Positions 12,584 to 25,150 of a stretch of DNA of 64,000 nucleotides are shown piece by piece. Position numbers and translations under genes: made by a program. Every line of letters begins with the position of its first letter. Position 1 is the first letter of the stretch. Source of the stretch: Raillietiella orientalis (lineage: Eukaryota); NCBI GenBank assembly GCA_036172245.1, contig JAYWIR010000096.1, positions 1 to 64,000 on the forward strand, in the 5' to 3' direction. The notes under the pieces are model-generated. The model was not told where the DNA came from, made no database searches, and saw nothing but the letters and a program-made list of their open reading frames with translations.

Positions 12584-15571
12584 TTTGCCACCCGGATATG
12601 CCGGGGCATTTATTATTATAATTTTTTGCTAGAATTAGATAATAAAGTCTTTAGAAAGATGTTTTCTGTGGGGAAACACTGGGTTCTGCCACCTTGCTGG
12701 ACGTGTCGGTTGCCGGTGCATAGACCGGCTAGGTCCATTCACGAGGCGCATGGGAAGGGAAAACTAGAACTACAACAAACAAAAAAAGAGATAACAGGGA
12801 GGAAAACAGTTGTATGGGGAGAGGGAGGAGGGCATGAAAGGGAGCACTGGGCGGCTGGGTCGGTCCTCCGCATCCTGTTGAGGATGAAGTCAAGTTCAGT
12901 TTTTATCGTGAAAGGTAGACGCCACCTTGTCGCCTTCTCTAAAGACATCGTCGTCCAGTGGATGGCGTCCCTGCATCTTAAGCCTCTCCTTCTAACGTGC
13001 CACCTTTGCACAATGCCGCGCACGCAGCAGAGGACTGCTAGAGACGCAGCGGGCGCAGGCCGTCACGCAGAAAGAGGCGACGGTAAATTTCCTTAGGGTC
13101 GCCTACTGGAAGATGGAGGATTGGGGCGATTCGACTCCAGAGTCAATCCAGGGCGACACACTCGAGGGTGAGATGCGGGAAGGTTTCTCTTTCTCCGCAC
13201 TCGACACAGCGGGCATCCACATTTACCAGTGTCCAGTGAGACAGGCGTGCTCTGCTTAACAGTCCCCATTGCAGAAATAGCAACGCCGTCTCCTGCCACT
13301 TCAACGGAAGTGTGCCGCAATCCCAACACGCTAAGGGCCACTTAACCTCTTCCGGAGGTATTGCAAGCAGCTCTCCCCAGCGCGCAAGTCCGTGAAGCGG
13401 GACGCTCGGAGTCGCAGCGTCCGTGAGCTACCGAGTCGTCCACGCCTTCAAAGGTTTTTTCCTGCGTCGGATAAGGCAGGACTCTTCCCACGATTCCAGC
13501 TCGTTGCTGCTCCTACTGTTTTTCAGGGAGGACAGAACGGGTGCAAGGTTGCTGAAAGAAGCCCACAGAAACTACCGGAGCGTGTTGAAAATCTCCTGCA
13601 GCGGCTGTCGAGCGTAAGGTCCTCGTCGTAGGCAGTTGTATTCCGCCTCGCTCGTGCCGTTGATCTTAACTCACGAGGAAGCTGACTCCTGAAGCCAGGC
13701 AGTGCAGTTCGCGGGGATGCAGGAGATCCAGGTATTCTCCCTCATCAGAGCGACCATCTGGCGCAAATCGGGGCCACAGTTGGAGAGGCTGCGCTGGTAG
13801 GCCACGAGGATCGAGGACAATCCTTCGCAGCCGGTCGCTCTTCTGGCGAGGAGCCGTGCCGAATCGCAAAATGGCGTAAACCATAAGCTAGCCGCAAGGG
13901 CTAACTTTCGAATTGTTGTTTGAAGTTGGATGCGCTCCAACGTGACGAGGCCCAAGCCACCATCCCTGCGTGGAGCGCACAGGTCTTTCAATCGGACTCG
14001 CGACCTCGCTGTGCCCCAAAGGGCAGTCCTCAAGAGGGCTTTGGTCCGTCTCTGTATGATAAGAGGGGCGGGGCAAACAAAAAGTCAGGGGCGAAGGAGG
14101 GGGGCCACGAACGCGTTCCACACCGCGGCTCGCTCCTAAAAGTAAAACCTGCCGTTCCGGAACGGGCCGATCGCCAACTCCAGCTTTTCGAGACGGTCGG
14201 ACCAGGCTTCTGCGACGCAGAAGTCCCCCAACGGAACGCCAAGGTACTTGAAGCACCTGCTCGTGGGGATCCCCAAGCGGATCCAGTCCGGCCGTCCGGC
14301 CCACGCCGTATTGTTGGAAAGTAGTGGTGATGTTGGTACGATGGAAGATTTCTCTCTGTTCACCTCGAGGCCCGTGCCGCGGCGCAGCAACTCACAGAAA
14401 TCTTCGAGCGCCGACGCCGGGGTGGACCCGGGGAGCAGGAGCAGAAGGTCGTCGCCGTAGGCCGACACGGCAGGCGTGCCGGGACACGAGATTGGCAGGG
14501 TTGACAGAGTCTCCCTGTATGTCCTCAGCACCAGCTCGAAGTAGTTGCTGAAGAGCAAGGGTCTCAGACTGTCACCCTGCCTTATGTCACGCCGAACCGG
14601 CACGCCGTACACGTGCCGGCCGCTAAAAGAGATGTTCATTAGAGCGAAGCGCCAGCAGGAGCTCAGGTAAGCCCGGAAGACCTCCGGGAATCTCAAGCGT
14701 TCCAGGAGCTCCAGAAGCAGTGCTTGGTCGACGCAATCGAACGCTTTACGCAGATCGACTGCGACCGCAAGGGCACCGGGCGCATCTCTTCCATGAAGGA
14801 CGTCCCCTTCCTGGTCAGAGGAGAATCCAGGATTCTTTTGACCTCCCTGGTCTTCGCTTTGTTGCAACTGCCACCATGTACTGGCGAGGAACTGGTTGGC
14901 CTCCATGCTACGTCCGGGAACAGCGTATGTCTGCTCCGGACAAACCACGGATTCCGCCACCCGTCCCAGTCGCTTAGCCCAAAGCTTGGCAAGCGACTTC
15001 GCATCCGCATTCACTACTGTGATGAGACGCCAGTTGCCTACGTTGCGATTGTCTCCTCCTTTCGGCAGGAGACGTACTCTAGCTGACCGGAACGATTTGG
15101 GGACGTCCCCTTGTTCTCGGATCAGCATGCATAGCCGATGCACCAGGGGAACCAGCTCCGCCACGAAGCCTTAGTAGAACTCCGCGGGCAGACCTTCTTC
15201 CCCTGGTGCTTTCCTCTTTCGGAGCTTTCCGATGGCGGAGACGATCTCCCCCATCGAGAGAGCCTCCGCGAGTTCATGTGCCTGCTCTTCTTGCAGCGCG
15301 GGGGTGCCTTGCGGCAGCAAGCGCTGCGCCACGGCGTTCTCTGTAGTTCTACGCGCGTACAAAGAGGAGTAATAGTCTCGCAGGATGCGGTTTATTCTCG
15401 CCGGAGCTAAGCATTCTTGGCTTTCGGCGTCCAGCAGGCTGGGCGACCCGAATTGCCAAGTCTGTTGCTCAGCCCCAGCTTTATACTCCGTCAGGCGTCG
15501 AACGTCGAGAGTCCTAGAGTAAAGACGGGCGTGGTGGTATGCCCGGTCGTTCCTTAGCCCTCGCCGAATCC
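12584..15571 (-). mobile_element. Family C 3' portion (linker, RT, CCHC, 3' UTR, hairpin)
   Basis: GFGEGLRNDRAY, KAPGEEG, DLRKAFD, QGDSL, YGDD, CVECGERETFPHLTLEC; 3' end AATAAATGCCCCGGCATATCCGGGTGGCAAA. Confidence 0.93.
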
Positions 15572-15667
15572 CTTGGCGAGTGGACGTGTGTTTCCCTCGC
15601 TCCCGAGTGAGTCGAAAGGAAGCGGTTTTTTCTATTGTTGTTTGGTGTGGAACATCGTTGGTGTCCG

Positions 15668-17422
15668 ATGGCAGCGATGCCTGAGGACACCACGATGGAG
15701 GTAGGTGTGGGGGAGGCTTGCCCACCCCCACAGCCTACAGAATCAGGGGCGTCCGCCCCGGAATCGCCCTCGCCGCTCAAGGCGAGGAGCTGGAGCGCCA
15801 TGGTGGCCGCGCCGAGCGCGGAAACCATGGCCGAGATGGCGGCCTACCGGGCAGCTGGGTACAAGCCCAGCTTGGTTTACCAGGTAGGCAATCTCTTTGA
15901 CGGGCGAACTGCACGCGCTTTTTCGAAAGCGCTGCCGAACGCCAACGTGTTAGAAAAGGACCTTGACGGTCCATCCGTGCTAAGCGGGGGTCAGCGCGTA
16001 GAGGTTGTCTGCAAGGACATCACCTTAGCGCAAAGCTTGATAACCACCCCGCTGAACGTGGACGGACGCAAGATCCTACCAGTCACGATGGACCGCTCCG
16101 TAGTGGTCCATCTGACAGGGATCACCAGCCGCATGACGCGGTCTGCGGTTGGTGATCAGTTAAGAAAGCACGGGGATGTTCACGCGCTTTGGCCAAAGGC
16201 CACAATCTTCGATGGCTACGATAGCCTTTTCGGAGGGCAGGCCGCCGCGCGCGTGACGGTGAACGAGAGTGGGCTTCCCCACAAACTAGAGGTCAATGGC
16301 GAAGTCGTAGACCTCTGGTACGTGGGGAAACCCCGCTTTTGTGGCTACTGCAATGCAGTAGGACACTTGCGCAAGCGGTGCCCGAACATTGTGTGCCACT
16401 TATGCGGGGAGAAGGGCCACGTACGCCGCGTATGCCCTAAACGCCCCACTCCGGTGCCGCCTGCTGCAAAAAAAGCACAGGCAAAACGCGGTAAACTGGT
16501 CGAAAGGCCAAAAAGAGATACTTGCCGGCAGCAGCCGCTAGCCCCTGTTCCTCCCACACAGGCGTCGGAAGAAAAACCCTCCGAAGACGCGGGAGTCCAA
16601 GACGGCTGGCAGCTGGTCAAGGCCAGGAAGGAGAAAAAGGTGCACCTCGCGGAACCCGCGAAAGCGGTAAAAAAGACAGCCGGCAAGGCGAAAAAACCTG
16701 GGCCGCGCTCTAAGGCCATGCGGGAATGTACGGTAGCACTGGAGCGTATAGCCGTTCCCGAGATTGCCACCCGGGGCGACGAGCCTTCCCTCGCCGTTTC
16801 CGCCGCGCCCGAGGTTCGCGACGACGAACCCTCTGTTTACACAGAGGGTGAGCCGCGCGACCCGCCGGTCGACACTGCGAACGCCGCGTTCGCAAAGGCG
16901 GCGGCGGAGCTCGCGGCCACGCTGGCGGAGCGTGAGAACCCCTCACGCAAGGCCGTGCGAAGGCCGGCTCCCGCGAAAAAGGCTCCCACAGGTGAGTCGG
17001 GCCTGGCGGCCGGAAGTGCATCCTCCTCCTCGGAGGCACCCCCCAGGAAGTCAGGACGCAAGTCCCAGAAACCCAGAAGGCGCCTCCCCTCCACCAGCGA
17101 GGAGGAGAAGCAGGAAGGTAGCGGTAGCGTGGGAATCCCGGAGGGGGAACTCCCACGCTCGGAAGCCGTCGACCCGGCCACCCCCATGGAGGAGGGTGAG
17201 CAGGGGGGCGAAGTCCTTTCTGCAGTCGCCGAGCCTGAACAGCCCGTCCCCATGGAGGAGGGCCAACAGGTAGGCGCGACCCCACTTAAGGGTGACCCCC
17301 TCGACGCGCCGTTACCCATGGAGGAGGGGGACCAGGTGCACGCAGCGTCTGACCCTCCTCCTCCACCTAGCGTCCCGCCCCAACAGGTGGCGGACGCCGC
17401 ACTGCCATCTTCCCAGGAGTAA
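15668..17422 (+). CDS. Intact LINE ORF1p (RNA-binding; two CX2CX4HX4C knuckles, low-complexity C-terminus)
   Basis: CGYCNAVGHLRKRC and CHLCGEKGHVRRVC; first ATG at 15668. Confidence 0.9.
   Translation: MAAMPEDTTMEVGVGEACPPPQPTESGASAPESPSPLKARSWSAMVAAPSAETMAEMAAYRAAGYKPSLVYQVGNLFDGRTARAFSKALPNANVLEKDLDGPSVLSGGQRVEVVCKDITLAQSLITTPLNVDGRKILPVTMDRSVVVHLTGITSRMTRSAVGDQLRKHGDVHALWPKATIFDGYDSLFGGQAAARVTVNESGLPHKLEVNGEVVDLWYVGKPRFCGYCNAVGHLRKRCPNIVCHLCGEKGHVRRVCPKRPTPVPPAAKKAQAKRGKLVERPKRDTCRQQPLAPVPPTQASEEKPSEDAGVQDGWQLVKARKEKKVHLAEPAKAVKKTAGKAKKPGPRSKAMRECTVALERIAVPEIATRGDEPSLAVSAAPEVRDDEPSVYTEGEPRDPPVDTANAAFAKAAAELAATLAERENPSRKAVRRPAPAKKAPTGESGLAAGSASSSSEAPPRKSGRKSQKPRRRLPSTSEEEKQEGSGSVGIPEGELPRSEAVDPATPMEEGEQGGEVLSAVAEPEQPVPMEEGQQVGATPLKGDPLDAPLPMEEGDQVHAASDPPPPPSVPPQQVADAALPSSQE
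17180..17345 (+). repeat. Three degenerate ~66-bp coding repeats (PMEEG motif) at family E ORF1 C-terminus
   Basis: CCCATGGAGGAGGG three times; also near 37110-37265 and 45380-45535. Confidence 0.75.
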
Positions 17423-17892
17423 CACCTGGGCTCGCCAGTCACCGTCGGATTCGCGCCGCCTGTTGGAATGTCAACGGGCTGCGCGACGACGGTAACAGGC
17501 GAGATACAGCCGACACCCTGCGGGAGTTCGACCTGGCCCTGTTGCAGGAGATCCACGTGATCACCGCGGCAGACGTCCAGGAGATCGAGACGATCGCGGG
17601 GGGTCGGCTGTACTGGCAATGCGGCATCCGCAACACCTGAGGGGTCGCGTTCTTCGTGAAGCCGGCCATCGACGCTGCCGTGAAGGGCGTGCGCTTCGAT
17701 GACGACGGTCGGGTCGGTCAGCTGACTCTCGGCTGGTCGGACTCGATCGATCTGATCGTCACGAATGTGTACGCCCCAACCGGTCAAAAGGGATACAGCA
17801 ACCGTACCAGGCTGCTTGAATCCCTGAAGCGCGACTGGCTGGCGAACACGAGCGTGCGGAAGGCTCACCTGATAGCGGGAGATTTCAATCGA

Positions 17893-20800
17893 GTGCGGAC
17901 GTGTTTTTCTTCGCTCTCGTCTCCGTGCTTTCATCCGCTTCTTCTTGGCTTCGTACATTTTGACGACGATGTCGACCCAACTTGAAGCTACTGAAGTTGG
18001 AGGAACAGCATCCGGATCTGCAATCGCGGAACCGACGGCCGCCTCCACTTCGTCTTTCTCGCCAATGGAGAGGAGTTTTGCTGACGTTGCTGCGACAGCG
18101 GCCGTCAAAGGGAAACCACTCGACGAGTCGGAGTTGCGGGCATACGTAGCCCAAGGCTATAGACCTGCTCTCCGATATAAGGTGAGTGGTTTTCTTTCTG
18201 CGCGCGACGGGAATCAGTTCAACGATGAACTGACCCGTGTTGGCGTGCGGGAGGAGGACCTTCTCGCCATAATGCCCGTAAAAGACATGGGCTATTTCAA
18301 GGTGCGTTGCAAAGACGCTGCACTTGTGCAACGCTTGCTGCGCACCCCGTTGTCGATCCGTGGCCAGAAGGTCTTCCCGGCCGCCATGGACGACTCATTT
18401 GTGGTGGAGATTTTCGACATCGAGTCGGAAATCTCCGATATTGATATTCGAAACGCGTTGGCGAAATTCGCCTCGGTCCATGCGCTGTGGAGTGTGCGTA
18501 GCAACCTCAAGGACTTCCCGTCCATACACAGCGGAGTCGCTGGAGTCCGGCTTACAATGCCGGACCGCCGTCTGCTGCCCACCAAACTACAGGTGAAAGA
18601 CACGGTCGTTCACCTGTGGTTCGTGGGCAAAGTAAAAACGTGCGAGCAATGCGGGAAGGAGGGGCATTCTTTGGATAAATGCCCCTCTGAAAAATGCCGT
18701 TATTGCAAACTATCCGGGCACCAATTGAAAAATTGCCCGGACCTTTTGCGAAAAAAGGCAGCCGCATTGCTTCATCTTAAGAAACAAAGCGCGGATAAAA
18801 AGAAAAAATCTGCGAAAAATCTGGATACCCCACGGCAGAAATTCCGAAAAAACGCGAGGCGGAATGTCGCCCCAAAGCAGCAGGAAACCTCGCACGCGAA
18901 GCCCTGCGCGCCCCCTCTCGCGGCAGGGCAGCCGCAAAAGAATGGGTGCGGGGAATCCGGGGCAATGGTAAGTCCCCCTAGGCGCAATAGCTGTCCTAAC
19001 CAAGCACGCCCGGCTCTTTCGGTGTTCGAGCAACCGGCGGGGACGTCAATGGACAACGGCGGTAAAAACACTTCCAGTACCGCCAGATCCATTCCTTCAC
19101 CTCCTGCAGTGGCTGAGAAGCCCAAATCGGGCAAGAAGGGTTGTGCCGTGTCTTCTTCGAAAGTCGGCAAAAAAAAAACGCGTCGCGATCCAACAATGCG
19201 AAAGCGGAGAAAAATCTCACGCCGTCGCAGTCGGAGAGCAAGCTCTCGACTGGCGCGGATGCCATGCCACCGAAGGGATTAAAAGCCCTTCCGAAGGCAG
19301 CGTCCATGACGAGCGTGTCGAAGCCATCCAAAGTGCTCCCGTCCAAAGACGCGGAAGGCTTCAAAGATGGCAATGCAGCACAATCTCCATTTACGGCGCC
19401 ACGCGAAGTGAGGAACCGTAATGAAGTAAAGAAGACTTCAGCAAAGGTCCCTCGTGCAGCTGCGCGTGAGCACGCTGAAAACGCGCGCGCCGGGAAAGCA
19501 GCCGTCACCAAAAGCGATGCTCTGGAGACAAAAAACGAAAACAGGACAGATGTCAATCCAGCAGAACCTGTCACTGCTTCGCGGTAGGCCGAAACCCGAT
19601 CGAACATGCGCCGGACGGACTCCGAAATGGATGCCGTTTCGATCACCGAGACGAGGACTACTCGTTCAAAAGCGTGTGCGCGCCGATCAAAAGTAGGCAG
19701 CCAGGCAACGCTCGCCGCGAAGCAACGCGAAGTCTCCACGAAACCCGAAGGGGTTCAGCCTGGCGTGGAGGCATTACATGCATGCAGCACGACAGAGAAC
19801 GGTGGCGACCGTCCCCTCCAGCCACTCGTGCTGCTCGCCGTCTGCTCGCCGGATAAAGCGAGCAAAAAGCCGCCACCTGCCCAGCAGTAATGCGGGAAAT
19901 CGCGCCTTCTCGTTATCTGTCCGTAACGTGTTGGAACGTGAACGGACTATGGAACGACGAGAAGAGGCGATTAGTAGCCAACGCCCTGCGCCCCTTCGTC
20001 CTCGCGCTCCTGCAGGAGATTCACGTAATCTCCGACGAGCAGGCAGCCGAAATCGAGGGGCGCGCAAGCGGAACGCCACATTGGCGGTGCGGCGGCGCAT
20101 ACACGTGCGGCGTCGCGTTCCTCGTAAGAGGAAAAATGGCGGAAGCGGTGCGTAGTGTTCGTTTCGATGACGACGGATGGATAGGCCAGCTTGTCATCAA
20201 GTGGTCCGAGTCCATCGATCTCGTCGTTACGAACGTCTACGCGCCGAGTGGCTCTCGCTACCTCGAAGAAAGAGTAGCCTTCTTTGGTGAGGTGCAGAGC
20301 CACTGGCACAACAACTCCGTTTTCCAAGTGGCGCACCTCGTCGCTGGGGACTTCAACGTCCGCCTGCTCTCCGACGATTGGAGCCGCCCGAGGGAGCGCG
20401 CTCTGCCCATCGAGATGTGCGCGTCCGTGCACGCCGCCAACTTGATGGTCAGCGAACCTGGAATGGAAAGATCGCTCGACCACGTTTTCCTCGATAAAAA
20501 CCTGCATTCAGGTGTGAGTAGGAGAGGAAGATTGTTGACTAGGCTTTCTGACCACTACAGGTTGGAGTTTGAGATCCTTCCGCCAGGCAGGGGGCCTCCG
20601 TTGCAAAACTGGAGGATGCAGGCCGATTGGCTCAGCCAGCCGGAGGCTGCGGAGCAACTACGTGGATACCTCCGAGGCTTTGCCATTCAAGAACTTGCGG
20701 ACTGGGACGATGTCAAAAGATCTGTCCGCGAGTTCTGCTGCCAATTCCCCTTGCACCGGCTTCCACGCGGTTTCGGAGAGATCTTGGCCAACAGTAGAGA

Positions 20801-20946
20801 CTTTCTGCAGGCCCGGACGTTTTCGAGACGCGCCGATGTCCGGCGTCTCGCAGAGTACAAGGCGAGGGCCCAGCGCCAGGTCTGGCAGTCCGGAGCAGCA
20901 TGCCTGTTGGACGACAAGGGCCAGGAATGTTCAGCCCCAGCCGAAG
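17893..20946 (+). mobile_element. Family F 5' portion (ORF1 with a frameshift near 19170 and a stop at 19585; intact endonuclease)
   Basis: GGACGTGTTTTT head at 17897; CEQCGKEGHSLDKC and CRYCKLSGHQLKNC; TAATG at 19888. Confidence 0.92.
19890..20946 (+). CDS. ORF2 N-terminus: APE-type endonuclease + linker, truncated by antisense insertion
   Basis: WNVNG, LQE, NVYAP, GDFN, LDHVF, SDH catalytic motifs in one frame. Confidence 0.92.
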
Positions 20947-23900
20947 TTTGCCACCCGGATATGCCGGGGCATTTATTATTCTAATTTTCTACAAAAATTA
21001 GATAGTAAAGTCTCTCAAAAGTTAATTGTGGGAAACAATTGGTTTTCCCAGCTTGGTTGACGTGTCTGTTGCCGGTGCATAGACCGGTTAGGTCCATTCC
21101 CGAGGCGCATGGGAAGGGAAAACTAAAACAAAAACAAACAAAAAGAGAGATAACGGGGAGGGAAACAGTTGTATGGGGAGAGGGGGGGGGGCAGGGAAGG
21201 GATCACTGAGCGCCTGGGTCGGTCCTCCGCATCCTGTTCAGGATTCAGTCAAGTTCTGTTTTAACTCTGAAAGGAAGACGCCACCTTGTCGCCGTCTCTA
21301 AAGAGATCGTCGTCCAGTGGATGGCGTCCCTGCATCTTGGGCCTCTTCTTCTGGCGTGCCAGCTTTGCACAATGCCGCGCACGCAGCACAGGACTGCTAG
21401 AGACGCGGCGGGGCGCAGTCCGTCACGCAGAAAGAGGCGACGGTAAATTTCCTCAGGGTCGCCTACTGGAAGATGGAGGATTGGGGCGATTCGACTCCAG
21501 AGTCCATCCAGGCGACACACTCGAGGGTGAGATGCGGGAAGGTTTCTCTTTCTCCGCACTCGACACAGCGGGCATCCACATTTCCCAGTGTCCAGTGAGA
21601 CAGGCGTGCTCTGCTTAACAGTCCCCAGTGCAGAAATAGCAACGCCGTCTCCTGCCACTTCAACGGAAGTGTGGCGCAATTTCAAAACGCTGGGGGCCAC
21701 TTCACCTTCTCCGGAGGTATTGCGAGCAGCTTTCCCCAGCGCGCAAGTCCGTGAGGCGGGACGCTCGGAGTGGCAGCGTTAGTGAGCTCCCGAGTCGTCC
21801 ACGCCTTTAAAGGTTTTTTCCTGCCTCGGATGAGGCAGGACACTTCCCACGATGCCAGCTCGTTGCTGCTCCTACTGTTTTTCAGGGAGGACAGAACGGG
21901 TGCAAGGTTGCTGAAAGAAGCCCACAGAAACTTCCGGAACGTGTTGATAATATCCTGCAGCGGCTGTCGAGCGTACGGTCCTCGTCGTAGGCAGTTGTAT
22001 TCCGCCTCGCTCGTTCCGTTGATCTTAGCCCACGCGGAAGCTGACTCCTGAAGCCAGGCAGTGCAGTTCGAGGGGATGCAGGAGATCCAGGTATTCTCCC
22101 TCATCAGGGCGACCATCTGGCGCAAATCAGGACCACAGTTGGAGAGGCTGCGCTGGTAGGCCACGAGGATGGAGGAAAATCCTTCGCAGCCGGTCGCTCT
22201 TCTGGCGAGGAGCCGTGCCGGATCGCAAAATGGCGTCATCCATAAGCTAGCCGCAAGGGCTAACTTTCGAATTGTTGTGTGAAGTTGGATGCGCTCCAAC
22301 GCAAGGAGGCCCAAGCCACCATCCCTGCGTGGAGCGCACAAGTCTTTCAATCGGAATCGCGACCTCGCTGTGCCCCAAAGGGCAGTCCTCAAGAGGGCTT
22401 TGGTCCGTCTCTGTATGATGGGAGGGGCGGGGCAAACAAAAAGTTAGGGGCGAAGGAGGGGGGCCGCGAACGCGTTCCACACCGCGGCCCGCTCCTGCAA
22501 GTAAAACCTGCCGTTCCGGAACGAGCCGATCGCCAACTCCACCTTTTGGAGACGGTCGGACCAGGCTTCTGCAACGCAGAAGTCCCCCAACGGAACGCCA
22601 AGGTACTTCAAGCACCTGCCCGTGGGGATCCCCAAGCGGATCCAGTCCGGCCGTCCGGCCCACGCCGCATGGTTGAATAGTTGTGGTGATGTTGTAACGA
22701 TGGAAGATTTCTCTCTGTTCACCTCGAGGCCCGTCCCGCGGCGCAGCAACTCAAAGAAATCTTCGAGCGCCGACGCCGGGGTGGACCCGGGGAGCAGGAG
22801 CAGAAGGTCGTCGGCGTAGGCCGACACGGCAGGCGTGCCGGGACACGAGCTTGGCAGGATTGCCAGAGTCTCCCTGTATGCCCTCAGCACCAGCTCGAAG
22901 TAGATGCTGAAGAGCATGGGGCTCAGACTGTCACCCTGCCTTATGCCACGCCGAACCGGCACGCCGTACACGTGCCGGCCGCGAAAAGAGATGTTGATTA
23001 GAGCGAAGCGCCAGCAGGAGCGCAGGTAAGCCCGGAAGACGGCCGGGAATCCCAAGCGTTCCAGGAGCTCCAGAAGCAGTGCTTGGTCGACGCAATCGAA
23101 CGCTTTACGCAGATCGACTGCGACCGCAAGGGCACCGGGCGCGGCTCTTCCATGAAGGGCGTCCCCTCCCTGGTCAGAGGAGAATCCAGGATTCTCTTGA
23201 CCTCCCTGGTCTTCGCTTTGTTGCAACTGCCACCATGTACTGGCGAGGAACAGGTTGGCCTCCATGCTTCTTCCGGAAACAGCGTATGTCTGCTCCGGAC
23301 TCACCACGGATTCCGTCACCCGTCCCAGTCGCTCAGCCCAAAGCTTGGCAAGCAGCTTCGCATCCGCATTCACTACTGTGATGGGACGCCAGTTGCCTAC
23401 GTTGCGATTGTCTCCTCCTTTCGGCAGGAGACGTACTCTAGCTGACCGGAACGATTTGGGGACGTCCCCTTGTTCTCGGATCAGCATGCATAGCCGATGC
23501 ACCAGGGGGGCCAGCTCCGCCACGAAGCCTTAGTAGAACTCCGCGGGCAGACCGTCTTCCCCTGGTGCTTTTCTCTTTCGGAGCTTTCCGATGGCGGAGA
23601 CGATCTCCGCCATCGAGAAAGGCTCCGCGAGTTCATGTGCCTGCTCCTCCTGCAGCGCGGGGGCGCCTTGCGGCAGCAAGCGCTGCGCCACGGCGCTCTC
23701 CGTTGTTCTACGCGCGTACAAAGAGGAGTAATAGTCCCGCAGGATGCGGTTTATTCTCGCCGGAGCTGAGCATTCTTGGCCTTGGACGTCCAGCAAGCTG
23801 GGCGACCCGGATTGCCAGGTCTGTCGCTCAGCCCCAGCTTTATACTCCGCCAGGCGTCGAACTTCGGGAGTCCTAGAGTAAAGACGGGCGTGGTGGTATG

Positions 23901-25138
23901 CCCGGTCGTTACTCAGCCCTTCGCCGAAACCTGGAGGGAGACGGTTCAGGGGAAACTGGTCGCAGAACTCGCGGACTGAGCTCTTCAAGTCGTCCCAGTC
24001 CGCGAGCGACTGCAGATGGAAGCCTTGCAGGAACGAGCGAAGACGACCGGTTTCTGCTTTTTCGGCGCCGACTTGTGTATCTTTTTTGCCTCCTTCTTCT
24101 GGGGCTTCTTCCTTTCTACCTTTTGCCAACCTTCCTCGTTCTCGGCGCTTTCTCCAGCTGGTTGTTCGCTGGTGGATGCCTGAGTAGCGGGTTGGTCGAC
24201 AGGGCGGGGTTCTGCCAGTTGTTGGCTTCGGTCCTTTTTTTTCGGCGTCTCATCCTTTCTCGCGCCTGACGGAACGGACCTTTTTCGGTTCGGGCACATC
24301 CGCCTGATGTGCCCCTTCTTCCCACAGCCCAAGCACACGATGTTGGGGCATTTCTTCTCCAGGTGCCCCGACATTTGGCAAAAGCCGCAGTATACGGGTT
24401 TCCCCACATACCACAGGTCGATCTCCTCCTCCCCGACCTGCAGTCTGTGGGGTAGCCCACCCTCGGCACGTACCGTCACGCGCGCAGCGGCGTAACCACT
24501 AAATGCCCTGGTGTAACCCAGGACATTGGGTTTTGCCCACAACGCGTGAACGGTCCCGAACTTCTCTAACGATTCTCGCACGGCGCTCTTTGCCATGCGC
24601 ATCGTTATGCCGGTCAAATGCACCACGATCGAATTGTCGGCCGTGAACGGGAAGATCCTTCTCCCGTTCACGGTGACCGGCAGGCGGAGCAGCTGCTGAG
24701 CCATCCCTGCAGACTTGCAGTTCAGCTCAATCAGCTGCCCGCCACTCCTTACCGAAAGTCCGAGGACTTCGTCCTCCGGGACTTTTAATTTTTTAAACTC
24801 GGACGCGAACGACCGCAAAACCGCGGGGGAGTACAGGCCACCTACCTTGTATAACAAGGCCGGGTTATACCCGTCGGCCATGTAGGCCCGCTGTTCCTCT
24901 GCGGGGGGCGGCGCAGGCGCCGCCACCACCGCGCTCCAAGCCCTCGCCGGGGCGGGGGACGATTCCGTGGGGGAGATGGCCCCCACATCCATGGGCTGGG
25001 GGGACGAGGCTCGCTCGCCCCCCTCCGCCGACTTTGCGGCGTCCTCGGGCATCTCTGCCCAGGAACAACCGCTCCCAGCTGAAAACCCCGAAAACACTCG
25101 CGAGAAAAACGCAGAGCACCACAAAAGCACGTCCACCC
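20947..25138 (-). mobile_element. Family C element with both termini and an internal deletion removing ORF1 C-terminus and endonuclease (junction ~24045)
   Basis: GGACGTGCTTTT head at 25134; ORF1 knuckles CGFCQMSGHLEKKC; RT YADD; 3' hairpin at 20947-20978. Confidence 0.93.
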
Positions 25139-25150
25139 TCTCAGGCGGCG

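Larger units (their letters stand above)
15578..17888 (+). mobile_element. Family E 5' portion (5' UTR, full ORF1, endonuclease to GDFN)
   Basis: GGACGTG head at 15582; CWNVNGL, LQEIH, NVYAP, IAGDFN. Confidence 0.93.

Noticed and set aside
12584..23930. RIP or strong CpG-decay signature among repeated copies
   Set aside because: Copies remain GC- and CpG-rich and differences include many transversions and indels; no directional bias evident by eye (not computed).
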